A stretch of DNA of 64,000 nucleotides from Paraglaciecola sp. (GCF_039943935.1 NZ_JBDUZQ010000004.1:36657-100656), one strand, 5' to 3'. Shown: positions 47,371 to 57,948, counted from the first letter of the stretch. The notes: generated by a model not told the origin, from the sequence alone. Program-made: numbers and translations.

Positions 47371-48210
47371 TTAGGTTTTACTTTTAGACCACTGCTTAGG
47401 ATCTAATAAGTAACATTGTTTAAATTGCTCATACAACTTTGGGTGGTGATTTTCTAAAGGGTGAGGCTTTTCAAAAAAGGTCTCAGTGACCACGGCAAAA
47501 AACTCTGCTGGCGAAGTGGCCCCATAACTATCTATCACATCATCTATACCATCAGCCCATTTTTGTTGTTGTACTGCAAACTCTGCATTTAATACTTCTG
47601 ACCACGCTTGGTATTGGGCTGCGGTTGGCAACATTGGTAGGCCATCCATTGCAGCATTTTCTTCATCTAACTTGTGGGCAAATTCATGCATCACCACATT
47701 ACGCCCATCACGGCTGTCTCTTGCACCTTGTATTACATGACTCCAAGCTAAAATAATAGGTCCTTTGTGCCAAGACTCACCCGCTCGGGTACTAGTATCA
47801 GTAATGTGTAACATACCCTCGGTGCGGGTATTTTTAGCAATATAAGTATCTGGATAAACCAAAATACTTTGAAATCCAGGATAGTAGTTGCCGGGTCGTT
47901 TTAAGATAAGCACACAGGCCTGGGCTGCAATCAACACTCTGACTTGGTCGGTTATGTTAAAGCTATCGCGGCCCACTATCTCTTTTTCGTCTAAAAATAT
48001 CTGAATATGTTGTTTTAATGTCTGCTGTAGTTCATCAGGCAAGCGGCGGTAAAGGGGAAAGTCATCTTCTAAAATCTGTGAGTAGGTCGCAGGAAATGGT
48101 TGGGCTCGCAGTTCAGTGCGCCTTTGCTGCTGTTTTTGAAGTGTGCGCTTATCTCGATAAAACCAATAGAGCATTATTAAAACAGGAATAGACAACAAGC
48201 AGTAAATCAT
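47371..48210 (-). CDS. mtfA: MtfA / M90 zinc metallopeptidase
   Basis: AAQACVL, GESW, NVVMHEFAHKLD and YGATSPAEFFAVVTETFFE. Confidence 0.88.
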   Translation of the reverse strand: MIYCLLSIPVLIMLYWFYRDKRTLQKQQQRRTELRAQPFPATYSQILEDDFPLYRRLPDELQQTLKQHIQIFLDEKEIVGRDSFNITDQVRVLIAAQACVLILKRPGNYYPGFQSILVYPDTYIAKNTRTEGMLHITDTSTRAGESWHKGPIILAWSHVIQGARDSRDGRNVVMHEFAHKLDEENAAMDGLPMLPTAAQYQAWSEVLNAEFAVQQQKWADGIDDVIDSYGATSPAEFFAVVTETFFEKPHPLENHHPKLYEQFKQCYLLDPKQWSKSKT

Positions 48211-48401
48211 AGTGTGAACCTTAGCATGGCGGATACTGATGAAAAGTCGGTGTTTAGTTTATCAAGTAATCTTGTTTGATGAGGGAATAAAAAACCGTGG
48301 CTTTTTATAAAGGGTAAGCACGGTGATCACATATTTTGCGATACAATAACCAAGTTACCTTTCTCGTACCCGTATCATTTTTTTATCAAACAAGGCTCAA
48401 A

Positions 48402-49640
48402 ATGAAGATACTGCACACCTCTGACTGGCATCTAGGACAAAGCTTCTTCACTAAAAGCCGTAAAGACGAACACCAAAAATTTATTGAATGGCTATTGCAA
48501 GTTGTTGCAAAAGAGCAAATCGATGCCGTCATCATAGCCGGTGATATTTTTGATACGGGCACCCCACCTAGCTATGCCAGAGAGATGTACAACCAATTTG
48601 TGGTGGACATGCAAAAACTCAATTGTGTGTTAGTAGTGCTGGGCGGTAATCACGATTCGGTATCGACCTTAAACGAGTCTAAACAGATATTGGCCTGCCT
48701 AAATACTTTTGTGGTGGCAAGTACTGGTGTAACCACCGACGAACAAGTCTTTACTATTACCGGTAAACAAGGTGAGCCCGTTGCGATTTTGTGTGCTGTG
48801 CCTTTTATACGCGCTCGTGATGTGTTGCAAAGTACAGCAGGTGAAACCGGCCTGCAAAAACGCCAAGCACTAGGTGAGGCTATCAAGCAGCACTATCACC
48901 ATCTTTATGACATCGCTTTAGCTAAAAAACATGCCTCTGGACAAGATTTACCTATTATTGCCACGGGCCATTTAACTGCATTAGGGGTAACGCAATCAGA
49001 AAGTGTGCGAGATATATACATAGGCACACTCGACGGCTTTGCTGCAGATGGGTTTCCGCCGGCTGACTACATCGCACTTGGGCACATTCATAAACCACAA
49101 ATAGTGGCTAAGTCTGAACATATTCGTTATTGCGGCTCGCCAATACCACTTAGTTTTGATGAACTGGGTAAGCCTAAACAGGTGATGCTGGTGGAATTTT
49201 CTGGCGCTACAGTCAGCCAGTTACAGCCAATAGAGGTTCCTAATTTTCAACCTATGGAGGTCATTAAAGGTGACTTGGCGACTATTAGTGCTAGGTTGCA
49301 GGCTTTTGAGCAATCAAGTGCTAGTTCGTTACCTTGCTGGTTATGCCTTGAGGTAGATAGCCAAGACTATTTGTCTGACTTGCAAGAACGCATTCAAGGG
49401 TTAACCGCAGACTTAAACGTTGAGGTGCTGCAACTGCGCCGTTCTCGTAATCAGCGCCGTCAACTCTTGAATCAAGCCAACAACGAAACCCTAGCTGAAT
49501 TAGCCCCTGAAGAGGTATTTGAAAAACGATTAACCATGGAAACCTTCGAAACGGAGCAAGAGCAAGCCACCCTTAATAAGGTGCGCCAAAGGTTTAAGCA
49601 AATACTCTCAGAGGTACAAGTACAGGGGAGTGAGCAATGA
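48402..49640 (+). CDS. sbcD: Exonuclease SbcCD subunit D
   Basis: MKILHTSDWHLG, AGDIFD, GNHD and LGHIH. Start set at ATG 48402. Confidence 0.96.
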   Translation: MKILHTSDWHLGQSFFTKSRKDEHQKFIEWLLQVVAKEQIDAVIIAGDIFDTGTPPSYAREMYNQFVVDMQKLNCVLVVLGGNHDSVSTLNESKQILACLNTFVVASTGVTTDEQVFTITGKQGEPVAILCAVPFIRARDVLQSTAGETGLQKRQALGEAIKQHYHHLYDIALAKKHASGQDLPIIATGHLTALGVTQSESVRDIYIGTLDGFAADGFPPADYIALGHIHKPQIVAKSEHIRYCGSPIPLSFDELGKPKQVMLVEFSGATVSQLQPIEVPNFQPMEVIKGDLATISARLQAFEQSSASSLPCWLCLEVDSQDYLSDLQERIQGLTADLNVEVLQLRRSRNQRRQLLNQANNETLAELAPEEVFEKRLTMETFETEQEQATLNKVRQRFKQILSEVQVQGSEQ

Positions 49641-52600
49641 GAATTTTAAGCATACGTCTTAAAAATTTAAACTCATTAAAAGGCGAGTGGAAGGTGGATT
49701 TTACCCAGTCCCCTTTTATTGATAACGGACTATTTGCCATAACTGGCCCTACTGGGGCAGGCAAAACCACCTTACTTGATGCCATTTGTTTAGCCTTGTA
49801 TCACCAAACCCCAAGGCTTGGGCAAATTACCAATTCAGCCAATGAAATCATGACTCGCGGCACAGCCGAATGTTTGGCTGAGGTTGAGTTTGAAGTAAAA
49901 GGTAAGGCTTATCGTGCGTTTTGGAGTATGCGCCGCTCGCGGGGTAAGGTCGATGGCAATTTACAGCCCGCAGATGCAGAACTAGCCGAAGTCAGCACGG
50001 GTAAGGTCTTAGCCACGCAGGTACGCCAAAAAAGTGAAGAGATAGAAAAAATAACAGGGTTAGACTTTGGGCGTTTTACCAAGTCTATGATGTTATCTCA
50101 GGGTGACTTTGCTGCATTTTTAAATGCCGACGAAAAGCAACGAGCCGAGCTTTTAGAAGAGCTAACAGGTACCGAAATTTACGGCAAAATTTCTATTCAG
50201 GTACACGAGCATTACAGCCAAACCAAGCAAACATTAAAAGAATTACAAGCGGGTGCCAATACCTTTTCTTTACTTAGCGCTGAGCAAAAACTCGGTTTGC
50301 AAACCGAACTTACTGAATTGCAAAACAAGCAAGTAAGTGTTGAAAAGCAAGTTAAGATTCACGAAAACCATATTAAATGGTGGGATAAGCAGCAAAGTGC
50401 TCAAAAAGGGCATGGCAATGCAACCACCCTTTGTTTACAAGCGAAGCAGGCTATTGCAGATGCCGAAGATGACTTGGCCTTATTGCAAAAAAGTGAACCA
50501 GCAGAGCGGCTACGCCCTAATTGGCAGCGCCTAGTTGAAGTCATAAGCCAGTGCCAAACCACTGAAGAACAGGTAAATGAGCATCAAAAAACAGAGTTAA
50601 GCTTGCAAAAACAGGTATCAGCGGCAAGCGATACACTCGCAACTGCGACCCTCGCTTTGCAAACGGCTAAGAATAATCAGCTTGCCCAAGAAAAGCTTAT
50701 TACCGAGCAAGTGATACCGTTAGATAATCAAATTACTCACCTCCAAGAAAACCTAAATAAACAGCAGCAACACATCGCAGAGACGCTGCAGCAACAACAT
50801 CTGTCAGACTCAAATAAACAGAGCTTAAGTAAAGAGTTAGCCGAATTAACCGAGCAGCAGACCCAAGTACAAGATTATTTGAATGAACATGCAGCTGATA
50901 GCCAAGTGGCTGAACATCTCAGTGGCTGGACAGCGGCCCTTGAGCAAATTAAGCGAGATCAACAAAGCGCGCATGGGCTACAACAGCAAACCGTTACCTT
51001 AGAACAACAGGTTAACGAGAACAGCCAAGCTCAAAAGCTAATTAACCAAAAATGGCAAACCCTTAATGAGGGGGTTACTCAGCAGCAAGCGGCCTTTGCT
51101 AATAAACAAGCAGAGTACCAAGCATTAAGCCAAAGCTTAAGCGCGGCAGATGCTGAGCAACAACAAACACAGCTTAATAATCTGTGGCCAGAGTTGCTTA
51201 AAGCTCAAGATATACAGCGCCGAGCACAACAGCTAATCACTGCTAAACGTGACGACCAACAAAAGCTATTATCGAGTCAAGAGAATGCAGAGTCGCTAAG
51301 TCGCGAGCGCACCTCGTTACTTCAAGCATATCAAGAACAAGCTCAGCACTGTAAAGACCTAACGCGCTTAGTGAGTCAAGAAGAGCAATTAGCCGAATAC
51401 AGAAAACACTTAGAAGAAAACGAGCCTTGCCCTTTGTGTGGTGCCTTGACGCATCCTAAAGCCGCTGACATGGAGCTGAATATTCCTGAAACTGTTACCA
51501 GACTAAAAGAAGCTGAAACTCGGCTTAGTCAATTAGAAGCAGAAGGCAAAGGGGTACGTGAAAAGCTAGACTTGCTGCACCTCAATATTGAGCAATTACA
51601 AAAGCAACTATCTGAACACGACACCCAAGAAGTGCAACTTAATACGCAGTGGCAACACTGCCTACAGGCCCTGCAGTGCGACCTTGCCATTAGCGACCAA
51701 GCAGGTTTGCAAAATTTCGAGCAAAACCTCAAGAGTCATCTCGACAAGGTGTCAACTCAGCTCAGTAACCTTAAGCAAGCCGAACAAGCATTACTTAGCT
51801 GCAAAGAATCACTTAACCAAAGCGAAAGAGAAGTAGATAAACTCAATAGCGAGCAAAAATTGCAAGAGCAAAGCCAACAAACCCTTGAGAAAAATAGGCA
51901 ACACACCGCTACAGAATTAACCAAGTTAAATACATTCGTAGAGCAGGCTCAAACTAGATTAATGAACAACATTAAGGCTTTAAATTACGTATTGCCAGCG
52001 GAGCAAGAACTTGCTCAATGGCTACAAGTTAAAGAGTCTGATGTAAAAGTGTACCAAGATAAACATCGTCAAAATGAACTGATAAATAATAAAATTGTAG
52101 CTAAAAAACATGATTTGTCTGGATTTGAGAAGGTGTTAGTTGAGCTGGGTAAGCAATTACGTGTTATGCAGTTAGAAGAAGCTCGTCTTAAAGAAGAGTT
52201 GGCTAATGCAAGCCAACAGCGACAGCAATTGTTTGGTGAGCAAACTGTATTTAATGCCAGAGAAAACGCCAACGGGCGATTAACTCAAGCCGAGCAGTCT
52301 TATCAAGTGGCGCTTGATGCTCATAAGCAAATAGAGCGACAGCATGGCGACCTATTAGCCGCCATAAAAGTTAAATTACAACAGCAAACTGAGTTGCAGC
52401 AGTTGCGTAAAGAGCTAGCTGATAGGTGGCATGAGTTACTGACGAACAGCCCATTTGCGAGCCAAAGTGAATTTGAACATGCACTATTACCTGAGCAGCA
52501 ACGCAGCGATTTGCTCACTAAAAAGCAAAGCCTAGACAGTCAATTACAAAAGGCCAATACCTTATTAGAACAATCAAAAACCGAGCTCAACGCCCTCAAT

Positions 52601-53311
52601 AATGAACCCCAAGCAAGCACTTGGCAGCAAATACCGCAACAACAAGTGCAACTGTTACTGGCGCAACTACAAACTGAAAAAGACGCCTTAGTTGAGCGCA
52701 AAGGTGGCATTAGCAGTCAACTGCAAAAAGATGAAAACGAAACCGCGCGACAACAAACCCTGTTAGATCAAATCGCTGAGCAACAACAAGAGTATGACCA
52801 ATTGAGCTATTTGCACGGCTTAATTGGTTCAGCTAATGGTGATAAATTTCGCCGCTTTGCGCAGGGCCTAACCCTAGATAACCTAGTCTACTTAGCCAAC
52901 AAACAACTAGACAGAATACACGGCCGTTATTTACTTAAACGCAAAGAAGAACAAGGCTTGGCGCTTACGGTGCTCGATACCTGGCAAGGTGATGTAGAGC
53001 GCGACACCAAGACCTTATCGGGGGGCGAAAGTTTTTTAGTAAGCTTAGCGTTGGCACTGGCCTTGTCTGATTTAGTGAGCCACAAAACTAGTATCGACTC
53101 GCTGTTTTTAGATGAAGGGTTTGGCACTTTAGATGCTGAAACCTTAGATATCGCATTAGATGCCCTAGATAACCTCAACGCCTCTGGCAAGATGATTGGC
53201 GTGATTAGCCACATCGAAGCGATGAAAGAGCGCATTCCGACTCAGTTACGGGTAACTAAAAAGAGTGGTCTCGGGGTGAGTGAGTTAGAACGAGAGTTTG
53301 CTGTTGCGTAA
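49637..53311 (+). CDS. sbcC: Exonuclease SbcCD subunit C
   Basis: GPTGAGKT, long coiled coil with CPLCG zinc hook, LSGGE and LFLDEGFG; ATGA overlap with sbcD. Confidence 0.96.
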   Translation: MRILSIRLKNLNSLKGEWKVDFTQSPFIDNGLFAITGPTGAGKTTLLDAICLALYHQTPRLGQITNSANEIMTRGTAECLAEVEFEVKGKAYRAFWSMRRSRGKVDGNLQPADAELAEVSTGKVLATQVRQKSEEIEKITGLDFGRFTKSMMLSQGDFAAFLNADEKQRAELLEELTGTEIYGKISIQVHEHYSQTKQTLKELQAGANTFSLLSAEQKLGLQTELTELQNKQVSVEKQVKIHENHIKWWDKQQSAQKGHGNATTLCLQAKQAIADAEDDLALLQKSEPAERLRPNWQRLVEVISQCQTTEEQVNEHQKTELSLQKQVSAASDTLATATLALQTAKNNQLAQEKLITEQVIPLDNQITHLQENLNKQQQHIAETLQQQHLSDSNKQSLSKELAELTEQQTQVQDYLNEHAADSQVAEHLSGWTAALEQIKRDQQSAHGLQQQTVTLEQQVNENSQAQKLINQKWQTLNEGVTQQQAAFANKQAEYQALSQSLSAADAEQQQTQLNNLWPELLKAQDIQRRAQQLITAKRDDQQKLLSSQENAESLSRERTSLLQAYQEQAQHCKDLTRLVSQEEQLAEYRKHLEENEPCPLCGALTHPKAADMELNIPETVTRLKEAETRLSQLEAEGKGVREKLDLLHLNIEQLQKQLSEHDTQEVQLNTQWQHCLQALQCDLAISDQAGLQNFEQNLKSHLDKVSTQLSNLKQAEQALLSCKESLNQSEREVDKLNSEQKLQEQSQQTLEKNRQHTATELTKLNTFVEQAQTRLMNNIKALNYVLPAEQELAQWLQVKESDVKVYQDKHRQNELINNKIVAKKHDLSGFEKVLVELGKQLRVMQLEEARLKEELANASQQRQQLFGEQTVFNARENANGRLTQAEQSYQVALDAHKQIERQHGDLLAAIKVKLQQQTELQQLRKELADRWHELLTNSPFASQSEFEHALLPEQQRSDLLTKKQSLDSQLQKANTLLEQSKTELNALNNEPQASTWQQIPQQQVQLLLAQLQTEKDALVERKGGISSQLQKDENETARQQTLLDQIAEQQQEYDQLSYLHGLIGSANGDKFRRFAQGLTLDNLVYLANKQLDRIHGRYLLKRKEEQGLALTVLDTWQGDVERDTKTLSGGESFLVSLALALALSDLVSHKTSIDSLFLDEGFGTLDAETLDIALDALDNLNASGKMIGVISHIEAMKERIPTQLRVTKKSGLGVSELEREFAVA

Positions 53312-53363
53312 CCGCGTTGTTTGTTCATGGGCTTTGCCCACGAGATAAGCAGATACATAACGT

Positions 53364-53382
53364 GTAGTCGGGGTTTAGCCCG
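53364..53382 (+). repeat. GTAG-type REP-like palindrome
   Basis: gtagtcggggtttagcccg; similar to 4053-4070 and to the inverted copy at 55716-55733. Confidence 0.5.
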
Positions 53383-53479
53383 TCAGCCCATTTAACGGTG
53401 CGTATTACTTAGTAAATTAACTGCTCCCCTTTTATTTTATGCTAAACACTCAACAAGCCTCCAATTTGAAGAGGGATCT

Positions 53480-53655
53480 GCATAACAGCAATATCTAGGA
53501 AAATATCGTTTTTTCTCTATTTGTTGTATCTGTAAAAGGCAATAAAGTTAACCTGTACAATGGGTTAGTTGCCGTGATAGAAATGACTCATGTAGAAATA
53601 TGGAAAAATTTCGTGTTTAAACAAGGAACTTTTCTGGATGCTCATATTGTTAAGT
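53480..53655 (+). mobile_element. attC-like site, split or duplicated copy of the 4181-4252 family
   Basis: cataacagcaatatctaggaaaa (53481 onward) matches 4182 onward; ggaaaaatttcgtgtttaaacaaggaacttttctggatgctcatattgttaagt matches 4199-4252 and ends in a perfect GTTRRRY. Confidence 0.55.
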
Positions 53656-53671
53656 GCCTTAGGAGATTTCG

Positions 53672-54280
53672 GTGAACATAAAGTGGATATTATTTGCTTC
53701 AGCATTTTTTATAGCTCAGGTAAACGCAAGTGACTTGATTAAACTATACGAAGAGGACCAAGCCGTTCGAGCACATTTAAGAACCCTTCCAAATAGTGAA
53801 GTCAAAGAATACATCACTGAAATTATGCTTCCGGGTGACAAAGCTAGACTTTCTCAAATTGAAAGAATATTAGAAACTGTTGAAAATTTATCTTCTCAAG
53901 AATATTTTGCTGCAGCAATGATAATGCAACATGGTTCAGAGCTTAGTCATTATAAAAAAGCGATGGAGCTTTCACAGACATCAGTTTCGCTTGATCCCTC
54001 AAATACAAATGCTAGTTGGTTATCTTGTGCCGCTGAAGATAGATATCTTCTAAAACTTGGAAAACCTCAAATATGGGGTACCCAATTAAAAAGAAAAATG
54101 AATTCTGCGGGAACACATAATATTTACTATTTAGAAAACTTCGATAAAGATGCTCGCCCTGACGAGCAAAGAAAAGTGTGTGGTATACCAGTTTTGTCTG
54201 AAATTGAATCCAGGCTTGAGAAAATGGCGAATTTAAAGAATAGAAATAAACAATATAGTTTATGGAAAACGGGTACTTAA
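53672..54280 (+). CDS. Secreted hypothetical protein (DUF6624-like, helical), cassette-like
   Basis: Signal peptide; EEDQAVR and AAEDRYL...GKPQIWGTQ; RBS aggaga; stop lies inside the attC R'' box. Confidence 0.75.
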   Translation: MNIKWILFASAFFIAQVNASDLIKLYEEDQAVRAHLRTLPNSEVKEYITEIMLPGDKARLSQIERILETVENLSSQEYFAAAMIMQHGSELSHYKKAMELSQTSVSLDPSNTNASWLSCAAEDRYLLKLGKPQIWGTQLKRKMNSAGTHNIYYLENFDKDARPDEQRKVCGIPVLSEIESRLEKMANLKNRNKQYSLWKTGT

Positions 54281-54350
54281 CAAGTGCATCATGTCGGGAA
54301 TTTTACTCGCTGAAAGCGCTCCAAAACCCCCTATATGTCAAGCGTTATTT
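54275..54350 (+). mobile_element. attC site
   Basis: ACTTAAC (perfect RYYYAAC, contains the TAA stop) ... gttattt. L boxes gcatcatgtcgg / cctatatgt; inner cgct-gaa-agcg hairpin. Confidence 0.75.
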
Positions 54351-54450
54351 TGCTGCAGACATCAGCTGTCGTCCCACTGTCGTGTGAATTTCGTAACCGA
54401 CAATCGATTAAAACATGGATAATTTTCTCTCACATTGGTAAGGAGCCGAA

Positions 54451-54864
54451 ATGATAGTCAAACGTCTTAGAGAAAAACGAAACTGGTCACAAGAACAACT
54501 TGCCACCTTAAGCGGTTTGAGTACGAGAACTATTCAACGCATAGAAAGTGGAAACAAAGCCAGTATAGAATCTCTCAAAGCCCTTGCCTCTGTGTTTGAA
54601 ATTGACATTTCTAAACTTCAAGAGGAAATTATCGTGATAGACAAAACATCAAATGAATGGAAAAAAGAGTCGTTGTGGGTCAGATTTGCGTTTTGGGGAG
54701 TAAAAGCAAGAAAGCAAATTATTATGTTAGAAATGATAACAGTGCTTTTAGGTCTACTAACTTGGCTTATAAAACCTGACATATTAGCTACACCGGCATT
54801 TTTTCTTTTAGCTTACATCTTTTCTAATATGAAGCATTATATTGATACGAAAAAATATTGGTGA
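54451..54864 (+). CDS. XRE-family HTH protein with C-terminal TM helices
   Basis: LREKRNWSQEQLATLSGLSTRTIQRIESG; two hydrophobic segments. Confidence 0.85.
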   Translation: MIVKRLREKRNWSQEQLATLSGLSTRTIQRIESGNKASIESLKALASVFEIDISKLQEEIIVIDKTSNEWKKESLWVRFAFWGVKARKQIIMLEMITVLLGLLTWLIKPDILATPAFFLLAYIFSNMKHYIDTKKYW

Positions 54865-54870
54865 GTGGTG

Positions 54871-54969
54871 ATGTAACAACTCACTTACTTCGTTTGTTGG
54901 AATGCGCACACGTGGGGCTGTTTCGCCATTATGCCCAATGTACGTGCGCCTCATATATGGAAGTTAGCT
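54871..54969 (+). mobile_element. attC site
   Basis: atgtaac 6 bp after the stop ... gttagct 7 bp before the next ATG; inner dyad gcgcacacgt / tgtacgtgcgc and gggc / gccc. Confidence 0.65.
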
Positions 54970-54976
54970 ACCTTCA

Positions 54977-55261
54977 ATGAATTTGACCGACAGATACATT
55001 CAATATTTAAATCAAGTTTCTTGGATGGTAGCGGAGATACCGCTTTTAGTCCCTCCGGCAATTGTTGCTTACCTCTTTTATCCAGATATTGACTACCCTG
55101 TTAGGCTGGTTATCGGTGGTTTTTTGTCAGTCGTAGTGGCACTGTTTAATAGCTACATTGGTGTTAGGGCAGTATTCAAAAAGGACATTGAAACTACATT
55201 TAACTTTTTAGTGCTGCCTTTTTCTATGGCTGTTTTTGTACTTTATTTCGGTTTTAACTAG
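54977..55261 (+). CDS. Small three-TM hypothetical protein, cassette-like
   Basis: 94-aa hydrophobic ORF directly after an attC; followed by a ttttaac...gttaaac relic at 55252-55289. Confidence 0.6.
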   Translation: MNLTDRYIQYLNQVSWMVAEIPLLVPPAIVAYLFYPDIDYPVRLVIGGFLSVVVALFNSYIGVRAVFKKDIETTFNFLVLPFSMAVFVLYFGFN

Positions 55262-55305
55262 AGAAAATGATGCACTCTGAGAGTTAAACTTTAGAATTAC
55301 GACAA

Positions 55306-55556
55306 TTGATTAAAGATGCTCGGTGGGCTATTTGGCTTTTTGTTATCGTTAATTTTTTTTTATTAGTTTTCTTTATATCTGACGATATTTTCAACGAATT
55401 TGTATTTGTGTTTTTATTTATTCAACTCGCTGTAGTCGCTTTTTGGTTGTTACCTGTCTTTGTTATCAGGTATTTATCAAAAAACTTCGAATTAAATTGG
55501 CAGTTTATAAAGCGTTGGCGTCGTACAAAGAAGCCCTAGGCCAAGTGTCGTGGTAG
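55306..55556 (+). pseudogene. Small membrane protein gene, probably frameshifted
   Basis: The ORF ends at 55539, but one extra A in the A6 run (55479-55484) gives KKLRIKLAVYKALASYKEALGQVSW* ending at 55556, next to gcataac at 55561. Confidence 0.45.
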
Positions 55557-55560
55557 CGTC

Positions 55561-55590
55561 GCATAACAAGTGATTATGGCATATAGCTAA
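55561..55590 (+). mobile_element. Left-arm relic of an attC site
   Basis: gcataacaagtgattatggc resembles acttaacaagtgcatcatgtc at 54275; no clear right arm. Confidence 0.35.
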
Positions 55591-55715
55591 CTTTTAGCTT
55601 TGGGTGCTTCTCGGAGAACCCCGCCTTTGAGCATATCTTTTTAGGGAATGCCCTTGGTTTGCGGGTTACATCAACCACCTAAGGTAAAGGGCGCTGAGCT
55701 AGGAAAAATGATGTG

Positions 55716-55733
55716 CTAAAGCCCAACCTACAG
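55716..55733 (-). repeat. GTAG-type REP-like motif
   Basis: ctaaagcccaacctacag is the exact reverse complement of ctgtaggttgggctttag at 4053-4070. Confidence 0.6.
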
Positions 55734-55824
55734 GCTTTTTATATTCTTTTTGTATACCAAGGGCATTGAGTGGAGTAATCATTTGCCTTGTAATAGGGCC
55801 CTTGATAAACGTCTATTCAAACGC

Positions 55825-56544
55825 CTACTTTAAATGTCTGCCACCATCTAGGTGTATAGTGCGGCCAGTGATGTAACGGCTTGCTAATAACCATTCAACG
55901 GTATTGATGGCTTCTTGAAATGAGCCTTCAGTTTGCATTAGGGATTTATTTCGAGCCTTTATTTTATAACTATCATCGTCATCTTCATTAAAGGCTAGCA
56001 GGGCTGGGGCGATGGCATTAACTTTAATATTTGGGCTAAAACGTTGGGCGAATGACAGGGTTAGGTTTTCTAGTGCGGCTTTACTGGCTGCATACGCAAT
56101 ATGCTTTTTACTCCCCTTAGATGCGACATAGTCACTGATGTGAATAATGTCGGTAAACTCATGGTCATCTATAGAAGTAAGAAGCGACTGAAAAGCTAGG
56201 TTTAACTGATAAGGTACTTCAGCATGGATGGTCATCATGTTACAGAATATTTGATGATAAGCGGTGAAATCTAAAGTCTTATTATCATCATGCCAGTCTG
56301 ACGCGTTATGAATTAAGCAGTCTATGGTGTCGTTGTTGCTGATCACTGCTTTAATAAATGATTGGGTTTGCTGGTGGTCGTAAAAGTCTACTTGGTAGAG
56401 CTGCGCGCCCTTTGTTTGTAAATTTGTAACAGATGTTCTTTCGGTGCGATAGGTGCCTATTACCGTGTATTGTTTGGCCAAAAAATATTCGGCCAAACAT
56501 AAACCTAAGCGTTGCCCTACGCCTGTTATGACTACCGTTGGCAT
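55825..56544 (-). CDS. folM: Dihydromonapterin reductase
   Basis: SDR: ITGVGQRLG, IHNASDW, SKKHIAYAASKAAL, KVNAIAP and GGRHLK. Confidence 0.93.
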   Translation of the reverse strand: MPTVVITGVGQRLGLCLAEYFLAKQYTVIGTYRTERTSVTNLQTKGAQLYQVDFYDHQQTQSFIKAVISNNDTIDCLIHNASDWHDDNKTLDFTAYHQIFCNMMTIHAEVPYQLNLAFQSLLTSIDDHEFTDIIHISDYVASKGSKKHIAYAASKAALENLTLSFAQRFSPNIKVNAIAPALLAFNEDDDDSYKIKARNKSLMQTEGSFQEAINTVEWLLASRYITGRTIHLDGGRHLK

Positions 56545-57237
56545 TTACTTTAAAAATTCTTGTCGGGTAATCGAGTTTTGTTTGAAGCTGCCGCCAAGGG
56601 CAGTGGTTGAGGTATGGGAGTTTGTGTCCATCACGCCACGAGATTTAACGCAATAATGGGTTGCGTTTATTGATACTGCGACATTGTCGGTATTCAATAG
56701 TGTCTGTAGTGCCACTAAAATTTGTTGGGTTAGGCGTTCTTGTACCTGTGGACGCTGGGCAAAAAATCGCACTATACGATTGATTTTTGATAAGCCGATA
56801 ATGCTGTCGTTAGGTATGTAAGCTACGCGGGCTGTGCCATCAATGGTGACAAAGTGGTGTTCGCAGGTGCTGGTTAAATTGATGTCGTCTACTTTAACCA
56901 TTTCATCAAGCTTCATCTTGTTCTCGATGGCTGTGACTTTAGGAAACGTTTTGTAGTCTAAACCAGAGAAAATTTCATTAACGTACATTTTGGCAAGCCG
57001 ATGAGGTGTTTCGCATAAGCTGTCGTCTGTTAAATCTAGACCAAGTGTGGTGACGATATCGGTAAAGCTGTCTTTGATTTTTGCGTATTTTTGCTTGTCG
57101 GTCAGCTCATTTTCAATCATAGGAGTTTCTAAGCCACGCTTAATCAGTGCATTTCTGACCTTTAATGCTTCTTGGCTCATTTGGCTGGAGGATTTGTTTT
57201 CACTAGCAATGCTCAAGGCCGCGGTTTTTGATGTCAT
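56545..57237 (-). CDS. folE: GTP cyclohydrolase I
   Basis: [32 protein letters not shown] and HYCVKSRG. Confidence 0.97.
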   Translation of the reverse strand: MTSKTAALSIASENKSSSQMSQEALKVRNALIKRGLETPMIENELTDKQKYAKIKDSFTDIVTTLGLDLTDDSLCETPHRLAKMYVNEIFSGLDYKTFPKVTAIENKMKLDEMVKVDDINLTSTCEHHFVTIDGTARVAYIPNDSIIGLSKINRIVRFFAQRPQVQERLTQQILVALQTLLNTDNVAVSINATHYCVKSRGVMDTNSHTSTTALGGSFKQNSITRQEFLK

Positions 57238-57239
57238 GA

Positions 57240-57611
57240 TTATTTCTCCTGTGGGCTGTTGCTGTGAATATCGAGTGACAGAGATACCGAATCTGCAAAA
57301 CGCAGAGCATGGGGCTTGTCTATTTTTACTTTTGCATAGACAACATCTTGATGCTCATTACAAATATTGAGCACGTCTGCGACCAGCTTTTCTAGCAATA
57401 AAAAACGTCCAGATTCGACATGTTTTATAATGGCTTTGGTAATGGTTTTGTAATTTAGGGCATCAGATACCTGATCTTCTAAACATCCACTACTAAGGGG
57501 GTAGTGAATTTCAGCATTGATCACTATGTCTTGTTGTTTGTTCTTTTCTTCTTCATTAAACCCGATAAAGGTTCTGAGCCTAAGATTTGTTATTTCGATA
57601 ATGGCGTTCAT
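57240..57611 (-). CDS. folX: Dihydroneopterin triphosphate 2'-epimerase
   Basis: [27 protein letters not shown] and [12 protein letters not shown]. Start set at MNAII; the ORF track extends to 57695. Confidence 0.92.
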   Translation of the reverse strand: MNAIIEITNLRLRTFIGFNEEEKNKQQDIVINAEIHYPLSSGCLEDQVSDALNYKTITKAIIKHVESGRFLLLEKLVADVLNICNEHQDVVYAKVKIDKPHALRFADSVSLSLDIHSNSPQEK

Positions 57612-57948
57612 CTTAGAAGACGAAATTTTAGACGACTGATGAATTGGATTATCTGTTAAAGCGAAAGCAGGAGCATTCATTGCACATCTCTTCACTGATT
57701 CTTATATTAGCCCTAGTATACGCTCTTAATTTGGTTTTGGTTCATTTTAAGTGCGATTGTGGTCTGCGGGATCATACTTATTAATATAGGTTTTAAATAC
57801 AGAATTTTAATTTTTGTTCAATAATCGTAGATAGGTGTTAATTGTCATTGCTAAACAGGTCAGTTTTTACAAGTGGAGTCTCATAATACCGTTGATTGGA
57901 ACTGGGGTTACATATGTATCTGTTACTAACAAAGGTGACCGGCACTAA

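Noticed and set aside
50300-52800. Gln/Glu/Leu-rich low-complexity region with many short alternative-frame ORFs
   Set aside because: Normal SbcC coiled coil; the overlapping ORFs are shadows.
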